Assembly (NCBI GenBank): GCA_964016885.1
Contig: OZ024743.1
Coordinates: 184,574,001 to 184,638,000 of the forward strand
Source of the DNA: Eledone cirrhosa
Taxonomy: Eukaryota
Direction: 5' to 3'
DNA length: 64,000 bases
Part shown: positions 52,608 to 64,000 of the stretch, piece by piece
How positions within the stretch are numbered: the stretch's first letter is position 1
Layout: every line of letters starts with the position of its first letter
The notes under the pieces: model-generated
Databases searched by the model: none
The model's input: only the letters and a program-made list of their open reading frames with translations
What the model was told of the DNA's origin: nothing
Program-made: the position numbers and the translations under genes

Positions 52608-53924
52608 TAATGTCGTCAAGGTATGAGTAGGTAATTTGTAAGTTGTAATTGTCTATGAAAGTGTCCATTATTCGTTGGAAAATTGGAACGGCATTTGTGC
52701 ATCCAAACGGAAGACGGGTAAATTCGCATAGTTGGCCACAGACCTCGAATGCAGTCAACTTAAAGTCGGAAGATTTGATGGGTATTTGGTGATAAGCCAC
52801 CTTTAGATCTATTTTCGAGAAATACGTGTGTTTTGACATTTTGTTGAGTAGGTCTTCGATTATGGCATTAGGGTATGAATCTAATGGTGTGTAACGATTC
52901 ATAGTGCCTGAGTAGTCTATGACAAGACGTTTTTTGTTTTCTTGATCTATTACGAAGCACTGCGCTCTCCATGGGCTTCTGCTCTGTTGAATTATTCCAG
53001 CTTTAAGCATTCTGTCGTTTTCCGTTTTAATGAATTGCTGATCTTTATTGTATTTTCGAGGAGGTATAGATAATGGTTTAAATTTTGTCGTATCGATACC
53101 AGGCATTAAATCATATTCTTCGCAATTCAGAGTTTGCATTGACATACATATCGTGACTGGTCTCATGTCCCCCGCATATTTTATTGTTAAAGACTTATGC
53201 CTTTTAAGTATATCAAGACCCATAACTACTGGAGCAATGAGTTTGTCAACCACCATTAGATCGATGTGGTATGCTCGGCCCTCCCCCATTCTAATGTTGT
53301 TTCAAACGTACCTCGTATTATGAGTTTACTGCTGTCGGCTAAAATTACACTCTTATTCTTAGTTTTCTTGAATTTACTTTGCCATTTCGACAAGAGGTTT
53401 ATGTCAATGAAAGACTCGTCTGAGCCTGTGTCAAGTAAATCTTCTGTTTTATGTGAATTGACATAAATTGTTAAAAGGTTTGTACTATGATTCACGGAAG
53501 CAAGTTTATAGCAGACAGCAAGATTACTGCCATCATAGGCTTCATCGTTATTATTCAAGACTGCTGCGTGTTTTATCTTCTTTAGTACCTTCTTATTTTT
53601 AACAAAACATACTGTTGCCCAGTGGCAGAAATTGCAAGTTGAATTTTTTGCAGGGCACTCTGATGTTTGGTGATATGAACCACCACACCAGAAACATTTT
53701 GATGAAGAAGCAGCGAATACGGGTTGTGACGGCGGTTGTATTGTTGTTGTTGACAGATTTTGTGCGTCTTCTATTTCCAGTTCTAATGTGAGAGCGGCTT
53801 GGAATATTTTATCTAGATTTTTGTCAGGTGATTCCAGAAGTCGTTGTTTTATAGTGGCGGATTGAACACCCGACACGAACGCATCACAAATCAACAATTG
53901 TCTATGTTGTTCCCCTGTTAGGGG

Positions 53925-56015
53925 TATAGCGAGGATACTGGGTGTATGAATGTAACAAAACGAGACATGGTTTGTGTATATAATATTTAATTAACGGTAG
54001 ATAGAATACTTGACATGTCAAAGATAGATGTTAGAATGAAACAAAGTTAGTAGTTACCGTTTTGATTGCCAGGCAAACGCGGCTGGCAGAGGGCGCCTGG
54101 CTAAGGCCAGGCGCCTGTTGGCCAAATTAATGCCAGAGCCAAATGAGAGGCTCTTCGACCTGGTGCCGAAAAGGCAAAGAGAGAAAGGAAGCTTAAAGTT
54201 GTTAGTTTTATAGGGCTCTGACCGGAAGTTGCAGAAAGGGTTCCACTTCCCGTCTAGATCCTAATCAAAACAAGGGAGACAACCGCTACATAACCTCCCG
54301 CCAGAATTTTAGTGTATAAAAATCGAAATGAAAATATGTAGCAAGTTGGCGAGAATGTTGTAACAGGCATGAAAATTACGACAAAAGAATGTTTGGAAAA
54401 ATCAATGATAGATATCAAGGTAGCCAACCGCTCTTGGCCAGAGAACGACTGGACATCCATCTATCCATCACCCAAAGATACAATGTAATAAAGTAAAAGT
54501 AATAGAAGAGCTCAAAGTTCAAAATATAGTTCACAGGTGTGCAATCACATGACAGCAGGAAAGAAAGTGTGTTCCAGAGAATGAATGCAGGTGGTTTCTG
54601 TTCTGTGGTATATCGTGAAATTTCCAACCTCCGAATGGATTTTCTCACAGGAAGAGTGCTGCAAAAATGAATTCTCTGGCTTTGGTGAAGCTGTATTGAT
54701 GTATTGCTGTTGCTGCTGCTGTTGTCTCGCTGAGTGAGCGTATTCGGTGTTTAAATTCACAGTAAAAAAATTTTTTTTAGAAAAAATGAGTTGCGCAAAG
54801 TGCTAGAAATAGTAGCCGAAGTTGATGGTCGATGTTGAGAATGCGTTGACCTGGAAGGGTCAAGAGGCCAGCGACCAGAGAAATAAGCATTCTTAATAAA
54901 TGCGCGGTTATCAACTGTAAATTTACATTGTAAATTTATAAACCGGCAAATAGAAGAATATAGCTTAAGGCTGAAGAATCCTTGGGGGAGAAATGCTATC
55001 TCTGGCGTGCGGCTGTCTGTGAGTAGAGACATCTCAGTGAATCGAGAATTTATGCTGCCTACACATGCCAATACAAGGTTGAAAAAAAATATTTCTAACG
55101 CGCGAGAAAATGATAGTGCAATTTTGAAAGTGACAATGATGAAAAAGAAAGGCTTCACTCAGCATAATTATTGGTGTGAACTCTGGAAAAAAACAAAAAA
55201 CTAGAACGATGAAGAAAACGATGAACAAAAGGCAATGGTTCATCGAAAATAAATGTTCCTGTTGAAATGTTTTTTAAAGAATATCAAATTTCTTTTTTTT
55301 TTTTTGTGTTTTGAAAGAGTTCGTTGTAAGAAACGAGAAACATATATATATATCGTGAAATGTTTTTTTTTGTTTTGAAAGTGTTCGTTGTAAGAAACGA
55401 GAAACATATATATATATATATTGGTGAAATGCGACAGTTAATTGATGCGTGAGAGAAAAAGTATGTCTGTGCGAATTCCACATGTGCGTGTGTGCGTGTC
55501 CTTGAGTATTTTCATAGTTTGTCGCTAAATTTGCTGTGTATTCGTAATGTTACTCACAAAACCAGATGTGCTATTTTTTTCTTTTTTTGGGGGGGTGACC
55601 CTTATAGCGATGAACGGCTGCGTGTTCGTATCACGTCAGGGTTACCAATATAGCGAGGATACTGGGTGTATTGAATGTAACAAAACGAGACATGGTTTGT
55701 GTATATAATATTTAATTAACGGTAGATAGAATACTTGACATGTCAAAGATAGATGTTAGAATGAAACAAAGTTAGTAGTTACCGTTTTGATTGCCAGGCA
55801 AACGCGGCTGGCAGAGGGCGCCTGGCTAAGGCCAGGCGCCTGTTGGCCAAATTAATGGCAGAGCCAAATGAGAGGCTCTTCGACCTGGTGCCGAAAAGGC
55901 AAAGAGAGAAAGGAAGCTTAAAGTTGTTAGTTTTATAGGGCTCTGACCGGAAGTTGCAGAAAGGGTTCCACTTCCCGTCTAGATCCTAATCAAAACAAGG
56001 GAGACAACCGCTACA
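53925..56015 (-). mobile_element. Non-autonomous LTR element 'B2' (2.1 kb)
   Basis: Near-identical LTRs 53925-54290 and 55649-56015, TG...TA ends, 4-bp TSD GGGG, tRNA-Trp PBS, PPT ggcgggaggtta; internal region collinear with B1. Confidence 0.9.
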
Positions 56016-58020
56016 GGGGTTTAGTGGGGCATTTCTTTGCGAGGGCTTTTAATTCAGTCATGTAGGCCTCCAATGATTGTCCTTCTTGTTGACGATGGTT
56101 GCGTAGTTTATGTCGGGTCATTATTGCTGAGCCTTTCTTTTGAAATAGATTATCAAGAATGGATAACGCCTCATCGAATGATGTTGCTTCTTCAATGAGA
56201 GTATAAGCATTGGCTCCGCAAAGAACCAGAAGGACTGACAGCTTACTTTCGTCAGGAACAGACAAGTTTTCCAAATAGATCGCCAACATTCTCTTCCAGT
56301 AGGCATAATCGGGTTCACTAGGATCATCCGGAAGAATTTTCTTGAATATTTTCGGATCCATGATTGAATAAAATTGTTGTATTATTTTGTACCAAATCAA
56401 AGGTTTTTATTCAATCTAAGAATAATATAGAAAGAGTCAATAAGAGAAGAAATTAGTATGGGTCAACAATACAACAAACAAGAACAGAATGAATACAACG
56501 AAAAAGAATAAAAAGGAATCAAATCAAAGAGACAAAAGTGATGCTATAAAACGAAATCATATCATCACACTTGGCTTGGAAATAAACCATCCTTCTTGCA
56601 CTTGCAGCACAAGCAGGCACGAAGAATCGCATCAGAGACAGTAAAGGCCTCCAAAGTTAAGACATGGGAGGACTTTGGGTTTAAGCTGGAATCTGACTTC
56701 AGACCAGAAAATAAAGTGTTCTGGCAGATAATCTGCCAACTTCATAAGTCCTCCTCCACACCTGCTATCAAGAACGCGTTCTCCTCTCTAGAGAGGTGCA
56801 TCCTCGCGAGGTGGAGAGAATACTGCATCTTCTGATGTACATGGTGTGCATCTGGGAACGTGACAAATCTCTCAGAGGCTGAGGTCACAAGAGCAATTAA
56901 AGAGCTCAAATGTGGCAAGCTGCTGGGCAAGATGAACTCCGGCCCGAAATGTTAAAAGCCTTAAATAGAGAAGATACTCTCTGGCTGACTTGTGGGTGCC
57001 GGGTGGCTTGGATCTCTGGAAAGGCATCTAAGTAATGGCAATCGGGAGTGATAATTCCTATTTTCAAAAAAGGTGACAAGAGAGATTGTTCCAATTACAG
57101 AGGGATCTTCTTGTTAATCATCTCTTGTAAAGTCTGGCAAAGAGATGATGGAAGATTGTCGCGTCCAAGCTAGCTGATGAATAGTGTGGATTTCGCCCCG
57201 AACGCAGCACAGCTGACCAAATATCCACACAGTGGCAGGTCTTCAAGAGATCGTGGGAGTATTGCCAATAGGTATATTCTTGTTTTGTCTACCTTGAAAA
57301 GGCATATGACAGCGTTTCATATTTTGCAGGAATATGGGATCGATGGTCATCTTCTTGCTGCCCTGATGTCTCTGTACGAATGCCCGAGTATTTGTGCTCG
57401 GTGCTAAATCGAAACCATTTATAGTGGAACTTCGACATACGTCGCAATAGCAACATTTTCATATGCAATACGGTTAAACAGACCAATGGTAAGTCGCGTA
57501 TGAATACATTGTCACCTTTTCGCAAAAACCACGATACACGACAACAAGGAGATGAACCAGATAGGGAAGGCAAAAAGACTTATTACAGGTTGACCCCTGC
57601 TATATTCCTTCCATAATCCTGTTAGAAGGAATAGAACAGTTATCGACAAACCATGTTCTACATTGTGTCAATTGTTCTTCTACGGCTTATCTACCATTCA
57701 GATATTCTATTGTCTGTACGGAAAATCAACTTTCGACAATAAATTTATATTTATAGAGGATTGAGCGTTAAAGAGACATTTATTTATATCATGGAAGTCA
57801 GAAGCATGTCGCTGCAAGTACGAAGCAACAAACTCATCAACTAAGATATTTTTCTTATAATTGTTTGTAAAAACAAGATCCTTGGAAGATTTCAACTTGT
57901 AGTTGTTAAAAGATATAAGTAATATTTAATTCCTCATTCTTCCTATACATTCAATGTGAGAGTCGGACTCGGCCAAGGGTGCGTATGGTCACCTCTCCTG
58001 TTCATTATTTACATGAACAA

Positions 58021-58224
58021 GGGCGGTGGATTGGCACTATCGGACTATAACTCTATGCTTTGCAGCATAGAATTATGTTCTAAGTTCAAATCCTGCCGAG
58101 GTTAGCTTTGTCTTTCATCCTTACGGGGTCGATAAAATAAAGCACAAGTAATGTGCTGGGTCGATTTAATAGACTTTCCCCTTCCCTTCAAATTGCTGGT
58201 CTTGTGCCTAAAGTAGAAACAATT
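58021..58224 (+). mobile_element. tRNA-derived SINE with TSD
   Basis: Flanked by a duplicated attatttacatgaaca. Confidence 0.82.
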
Positions 58225-59107
58225 ATTTACATGAACAGGATTGACAATATCAATACTGACAGGTTTAAAATCAGTCGGCTGGAATTTGCATACGACATGG
58301 TGTTACTTAACTCGACAGAAGGTGGTCTCCGACTTGCACTTATAGGTTTGATATCGAGTGCTGAATAGCTGGAATGAAAATCAGTGCTGCGAAAACTGAG
58401 ACACTCATCCTCACAAGGAAGCCTGCCTAATGCACTCTACATGTAAATGGAGTTCCACTGAAGCAGGTAGGGAAGTTCAAGTATCTCGGGCCGTGTTCAT
58501 GAGTGATGGAAGGCAGGAGGCTGAATTAAGTGCAATAATTGAAGGAGCTGGTGAAGTAATGCGCCAGCTTCAGCCTTCAGAAATAAGAAGTGGGTAGGCG
58601 TAAAAGCCAAATTCGCTGTCTTCAATTCGGTATTCGAGCCAACCTTTACCTATGATCACGAATCTTAGGTAATAGCCGAAAGAATATGATCGCGAATACA
58701 AACGGCCGAAATGGGATTCCTCCGACGGATCATTGGAGTAACATTACGTGATAGAGTGCGTAGCTCGGAGATCAGAGAGTCACTCCAGGCAGAGTCGCGA
58801 CTTCTTCGAATTGAGAGACCACAGCTTCGATACTATGGGTATGTGGTTAGATTGTCTCGGGAGAGAATTGCTGGACAGATTTTACGGGCAAAACCAACCG
58901 GCAGGAGACCCAAGCAAGATGGTTGGATAACATCTATGAGCTTGGCTGGTCTCGCTTAGGGATCCAGCTAAATCAGTTGGAGACGGTTGCTTCTGACAGG
59001 ACCTGCTGGAAGAAGTGGTTGAGGACTCTGTCCCCACGGCCCTCTCAGGAATAAGTGGGTGAAAAAGAAAAAGAACAACCAAATAATCTTTTTACCAGTT
59101 ACATATA

Positions 59108-59325
59108 ATCTTCTTCTTCTTCTTCTTCTTCTTCTTCTTCTTCTTCTTCTTCTCCGCCCATTTATTCCTAGGAGCGTTGTTGGGGAAGAGTCCTCAAGCA
59201 CGCCTTCCAGCAGCTCCTATAAGAAGCAACTGTCTCTAATTGATTAGAGTGGATCCCCAAACGCGATCAGCCAAGCTCATTGATGTTATTCAACCATCTT
59301 GCTCGGTGTCTACCCTTGGGTCTCC
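59108..59325 (-). mobile_element. 3' end of the second RTE-like family with an expanded (GAA)n tail
   Basis: (CTT)n run followed by an inverted homolog of ~58900-59060. Confidence 0.65.
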
Positions 59326-59984
59326 GCCAAAGTTGTACAGATGCTCTCATAAATACAGGGAGTCAGTGATTAGTCCGTTGAAATTCTATAACCAATGGCA
59401 TAAATGTATAAAATGCGGTATTAAAGAAAGGAATATTGCTCCCACAGACGTTCTAACCAGTATCCAGAAAAAAAGGCCAAAACTCAGCTGATCCGTTTAA
59501 ATTCTCTCTCTGTCACACTAGCCTCTGGCTCACAGTTACGCGGTCTTCTTCCCTTCCTGCTTATACCGTTACTTCAATGGTCTATTCTCCTTGAAGCTTC
59601 CTGAACTCATACCACCTCTGACTCCTTACTCGTCTCTCTTCCCAGACCCCCTCGCCACTAACAACTATACCCTGTCCTTTCTGTTCAAATCGTCTGTCAT
59701 CTGAAACATCCTGCTCGTGTATTTTCCAAAGAAGTAAACTTGCAACAAATTAAAAGTAATATCAATTGCGTCGATTTCACCAGTCTCGAAGAGCCTTGGA
59801 ATAACATGCGTACTGTCCCCTCTTTCAGACAAAGGACCAGGTATATATTTAAATAAAAAAGGAAAAAAAAAACTATTGCTGAAGTAAAATACTCAATACT
59901 TGGGGTAGTCGAGTATGAGTATATTAGAAAAATTCGAGGCCCAACGGCTGATCTCTTGCTGTTCCGACAACCAGTTCCAGATTG

Positions 59985-60460
59985 TTGACAAGCAGACTTG
60001 CAGTGGCGTGGCTGTACACAGACAACCACAACCATCACTATCACATGATATATTCCTGGACAGTGTGGGAGAACTTTTGACGCGTGACACCTCATCGCCC
60101 CAGCAGACAAAACAGAGAATGTGTTATCCCGGAAGATAAGGAGATTGGCGCATTGAAATAGCCATTCCAACCTACAGGGTTCACTGCTGACCAACTCTGT
60201 CCTGATAGCAGCAAGTAGAGTAGAGGGTTCACTCCTGACCAACTCTGTCCTGATAGTAGCAAGTAGAGTAGGTAGTTGTTTCGGATACCCAGCACGTCAG
60301 AAGTCTCCGCCGTTATATGTTCAATGAAAACCTCTCGGAAAGCGGCCGATACTTCAACAGCTTGCAATCTTTAGGTTGTCAGGCAACTAAATCTGCGTCT
60401 GCCGCTGTTTTCAGCAAGTTTCTGCTGGAGTGAGCGTCATTGCATGTCGCATCCCAGATG
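59985..60460 (-). mobile_element. CRE-clade RLE 3' fragment
   Basis: WDATC and LEWLFQCANLLIFRDNTFSVLSAG, paralleling LEWLFQRVSLAVFRGNAFSNLSAG at ~42220. Confidence 0.65.
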
Positions 60461-61002
60461 GGGCGGGGAGAGCTTTGCAGTGCGGATTAGGGTTGATATG
60501 TGTATAAGCTACGATAATGAATTGCAGAAACAGAAGATTGCGGAGCGAAATGTCATGTAGTGATATTTAGATACATCGCTTTACATTTTGTGCGAATCGA
60601 TTATCCCTTTCAACCTTTCGGAATATCAGAACAATTACCATGACCACAAGTGTGAGGTATCGCGTGGGAGTGGAGCTGCTTTGTTGCTGTCCGTCCACTG
60701 CTGGTGAGAGGCCTGGGGTTTGGGAACGTATTTGTGAGTTATAGCAGATATCATAAGTAAACTCGATAATTTTTTCGTGTTTTTAATCTTATATTTATGC
60801 TTTTATATCATATTATTGCTGTGTTTTCGCTTTTGTGTAATATCAGCTTATATTTGTGGATAAAACTATCAAGAGGTGAATGTAAAAAATGATAGGAAAA
60901 GAGACTGATAGGGAAAGAAAGAGAAAGTGTTTAAACTCAATCATGCCGAAAAGAGTTAACTCCCCTGCTAAATAGCCAGTGACTGGTTTACGAAGGTGAA
61001 AT

Positions 61003-63578
61003 ATGGCTGACGATGTAGGAGCGAATTCTTTCAGCAGCACCTCATCTACTGTTCCTGTAGCTTGTCAGGGAACTTCACAGGACTACCAGATGCCGTCTCC
61101 CGAAACAGGTTCCAATAAAACTACTACAAAATTAGCTACTTCAGATCAAAATCCATCTCCAGTACCTGGCTTGTTCCCAGCTTATTGCGTTCAATCTGAC
61201 ATTGCACTAGAAGCAAGTCATGAAAACTGTAAGTTGACTATTGGTGGAATCTGTTTTAATTCTTTATATTTGATTTTTTTTTAATAATGATTACCTTATT
61301 TATTTTTTATTTCTTATAAGTATAATCTTGTTTTTTATCTGAAAAAATCATAATTTGTTTTACTTACAAATCTACACACTCGCATCGACAATTTATCTAA
61401 ATATGCAGGTTTCCTATTACCGATCAATGGCATTAAAAGAAAATTTTCTATTTCTATATTTTAATGTCACGTCTAATCAGCAATGAGAACTGTAAATTAG
61501 GTTCCATGTTCATTCAGGTGTGATGTCCGTTTGTTGACGTACTTTCCGATTCCTTCGTATAAAATATAAAATAATTAGTTTTTCTTATTCTGATATTTTA
61601 CTATTTATTATTATTATATTATTTTTTTTTTCGTTGAATGGGTTAACTGCCACGACTCTTACTGTTTTGTTTATTGTTTTTATAAAAATATAATATATTT
61701 CCCGTTAAGATACTTTTTCGACATGAAGGTGCAATTGATAAATATGTCCTTCTAAGATATTGATTACGTAAATACAGATCACCCTTAAAATATACACGTA
61801 TCACCAACCCAGTAATATCCATGTGGATATATAGTGATGGGTGTTTTGTCACTTATGTTGACTTGGGTTTGTTTGTCAACAATAGTTCGATAATCGAAAT
61901 ATATAGATTTTTGTATTCGCATGAACATAAAGTGTGCCCATCGTTTCAGCATTAAGGTTATATGTATAGAGAGAGGGAGACACAAAGCTTTCATCACTGA
62001 AATCTGCTCGAATTCTGGACAGACATTGGACATAATACCTTTCTGCGATGTACCAAAAAGGAATGGACACACCTAGTATTGAAATGTTCAATGGCTGCTG
62101 TCATATATATATATATATAAGAAAGAGTCGGAACCCGACGGCTGAGCTCTTGCCATTTTGTGAGCTAGTTCCAGACTCAGTCTGGAACTAACTGTCGAAA
62201 CGGCCCGACACTTTCTAATATAATCACACTCTACTATCCCAAGTATCGAGTACTGAATAATGGTCTTACTAGTTTGATGCTGGTTTCATCCTCTCATATA
62301 TATATATATGTATATATATATATAATATGTAGGTTCCCGAGTTGTATCGGGGGATGGGTAACCACAGTTAGAAAAAGTACTCAATACGTTGGTAGCGTAT
62401 AGTCAGCTTTATTATATATAGAAATGACTTCGATAGGACTAGGAACTGTTTCATTCGTATGGAATCATCATTCCTGATGAGTTCATACAAATGAAACAGT
62501 TATATATATATATATATTGATATATTGTTGTATCGTCGGTTTCAGTTATTGCACACCAGCCACGCTAGGGCACCTTGCAAATTCTTACAAAAAATGGGAA
62601 GAAATCTAAAACGGAACTTAATTATGTTACGCTATTTATTGGAGTCCATTCATTAATTTTTTTAACAATATAAAAATGATTACGAAATGTTATTTGAGTA
62701 GTTTATATCGTGTCTGAGTATTAAATGTTGTTGTTTTCCTCTTGTCTTTACCGGACTAAAAAAATTGTTTAAAGTCCTTAAGATTTTTAGACCAAAGATA
62801 GGCAAAATGAGGTGCTAATTTATACATTTGGCTATTTAAGTGTGCTTCATGGCAAAGACTAACTTTAATTTAATTTTGAGAATTATTATTTGATTTGGTT
62901 TATTAATCAGTGAACGTTATGAAAAAATATATTTATCATTCAAAAGTGTTTTTAAAAAAAATCTTCAGCTCCCGAGGCTTGTTTTATGAATTTTTTTACC
63001 CCAGGTTAGTAGCCATAGAGGATCAAACGTGTTCCTGTCGTGGCTATCCGGTTTTATTTTTTCCAGACTTGCTATATCTTTAAGACAATTGGATGTGATT
63101 TAAGAAACTCTTAAGTAGAGGTTCACTCGTAAGCGTTTTTTAAATTTTTTTTTATCTCCATTTGTTTATTTCAGTCATTGGTCTGTGCCCATTCAACACA
63201 TGTATTTAATTCAGTCTCTTATTCAATCTGTGTTTATCGAACTGATATGTTAGGGGAAAAAGGGATACAAAACCGGTGTTTAGACTGGTGTAAACATAAA
63301 CACAAACACTTATATGGTGTGTGTATGTGTGCGCGCGCGCACATGCATATACATAACCAACTGCTAATCGTAAAAATACATATTGTTTTGCTGATAGAAT
63401 TGAACATGTTAAATTCTTTTTTTTTTTTCATTTGTGTTATGTTTTCTGTTTGGTTCTATTCCTCAGCCTCAGACCTTGCTTGGCTCTCCAACAAAAGTTA
63501 TCCTAATGAACTGAATGTTGTTAATTCTACACTGCCATCAGTTAGCAACATTGCTGAGGAATCTAGTGATGAGGGCAG
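61003..63578 (+). CDS. First two putative coding exons of an unidentified gene (low-complexity S/T/P-rich N-terminus), continuing beyond the window
   Basis: Exon 61003-61228 (MADDVGANSF...ASHEN, donor gtaagt) is phase-compatible with 63467-63578 (SDLAWLSNK...SSDEG, polypyrimidine acceptor, donor gtgagt); relatively CpG-rich region upstream. Confidence 0.55.
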
Positions 63579-63589
63579 GTGAGTTGAAT

Positions 63590-63960
63590 CTTGGTTTGGT
63601 TTCTACAGTTGGATGCCCTTCTTAACGCCAACCACGTTATAGTGTGGACTGGGTGCTTTTTATCATAGCACCAAAGTGACGTCTAACAGGGTGGACTGGG
63701 CGTTCATTCGTCGTGTCATCAACACGATCATCTAACAGGGTGGACTGGGCGTTTTTTTTTGTGTTGTGTCACCAGCAGGACCATCTTACAGGGTGGACGG
63801 GTGCTTTTTTTCGTGTCACCAGCACGACCACCTCACTATGTGGGTTGAGTGCTGCCTCTTATGTTACCAGCATGATAACCTTATGGGGTGGACTGAGTGC
63901 TTTTGTTGTTGTTGCACCAGATCGCGATACAGAGTGGACTGTGTTTTTTGCCATGGCAGT
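63590..63960 (-). repeat. ~39-bp tandem array plus RTE/SINE 3' module
   Basis: Reverse complement of the 1290-1600 unit, next to ttctacagttggatgcccttc. Confidence 0.7.
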
Positions 63961-64000
63961 GAGAGAGTAAATGTGAAGCATGTGTGGGGTCGAGGTGAGT

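Larger units (their letters stand above)
43064..56569 (-). mobile_element. Gypsy LTR retrotransposon 'A' (Cigr-1-like), disrupted by nested insertions
   Basis: ~195-bp TG...CA LTRs at 56375-56569 and 43064-43363 (the latter with a SINE insert); 5-bp TSD CTTGG; PPT at ~43364-43375; gag from 56361, CCHC knuckle, protease LLDTGS, RT YLDD (~52615), RNase H ETDAS, integrase DFVGP/TDRG. Confidence 0.92.
42630..59065 (+). mobile_element. Degenerate RTE-like LINE (second family), split by the LTR nest (42630-43063 and 56570-59065)
   Basis: The reading AKKETYKAW|LGNK continues across the Gypsy insertion; later IPIFKKGD...CSNYRGI, DLEKAYD and QGC..SPLLF remnants; a SINE and an unidentified insert (~57420-57950) lie inside. 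Confidence 0.75.

Noticed and set aside
58968-59247. Poly-Arg / poly-Leu ORFs
   Set aside because: Translations of a (CTT)n microsatellite tail.

Overview
AT-rich, microsatellite-rich eukaryotic DNA. The repeat repertoire resembles an octopod cephalopod (Octopus-like); this is inferred, not verified. Four host genes are visible: a six-exon MS4A/CD20-like four-TM gene (+, 253-17277), an intronless THOC6 CDS (+, 25775-26806), a four-exon COA1 gene (-, 30043-36102) and the first two coding exons of an unidentified gene (+, 61003-63578). The rest is mobile DNA: RTE-type LINEs, tRNA-derived SINEs, piggyBac and hAT MITEs, a Helitron, CRE-clade and Penelope remnants. The main structure is a 13.5-kb nest (43064-56569) in which a Gypsy element sits inside a LINE and itself carries four LTR-type insertions plus two SINEs. 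The most unusual signals concern retroelement priming. Two non-autonomous LTR elements have a 32-nt tRNA-Trp PBS with an A58>T change (a possible fossil m1A read-through) and a duplicated LTR-end/PBS. The CsRn1-like element has a candidate bipartite tRNA-Trp PBS, and a hairpin covering the PPT recurs in these elements. The host Gypsy has no tRNA PBS but has a self-complementary LTR/leader stem. All coordinates were read by eye and no database searches were run.
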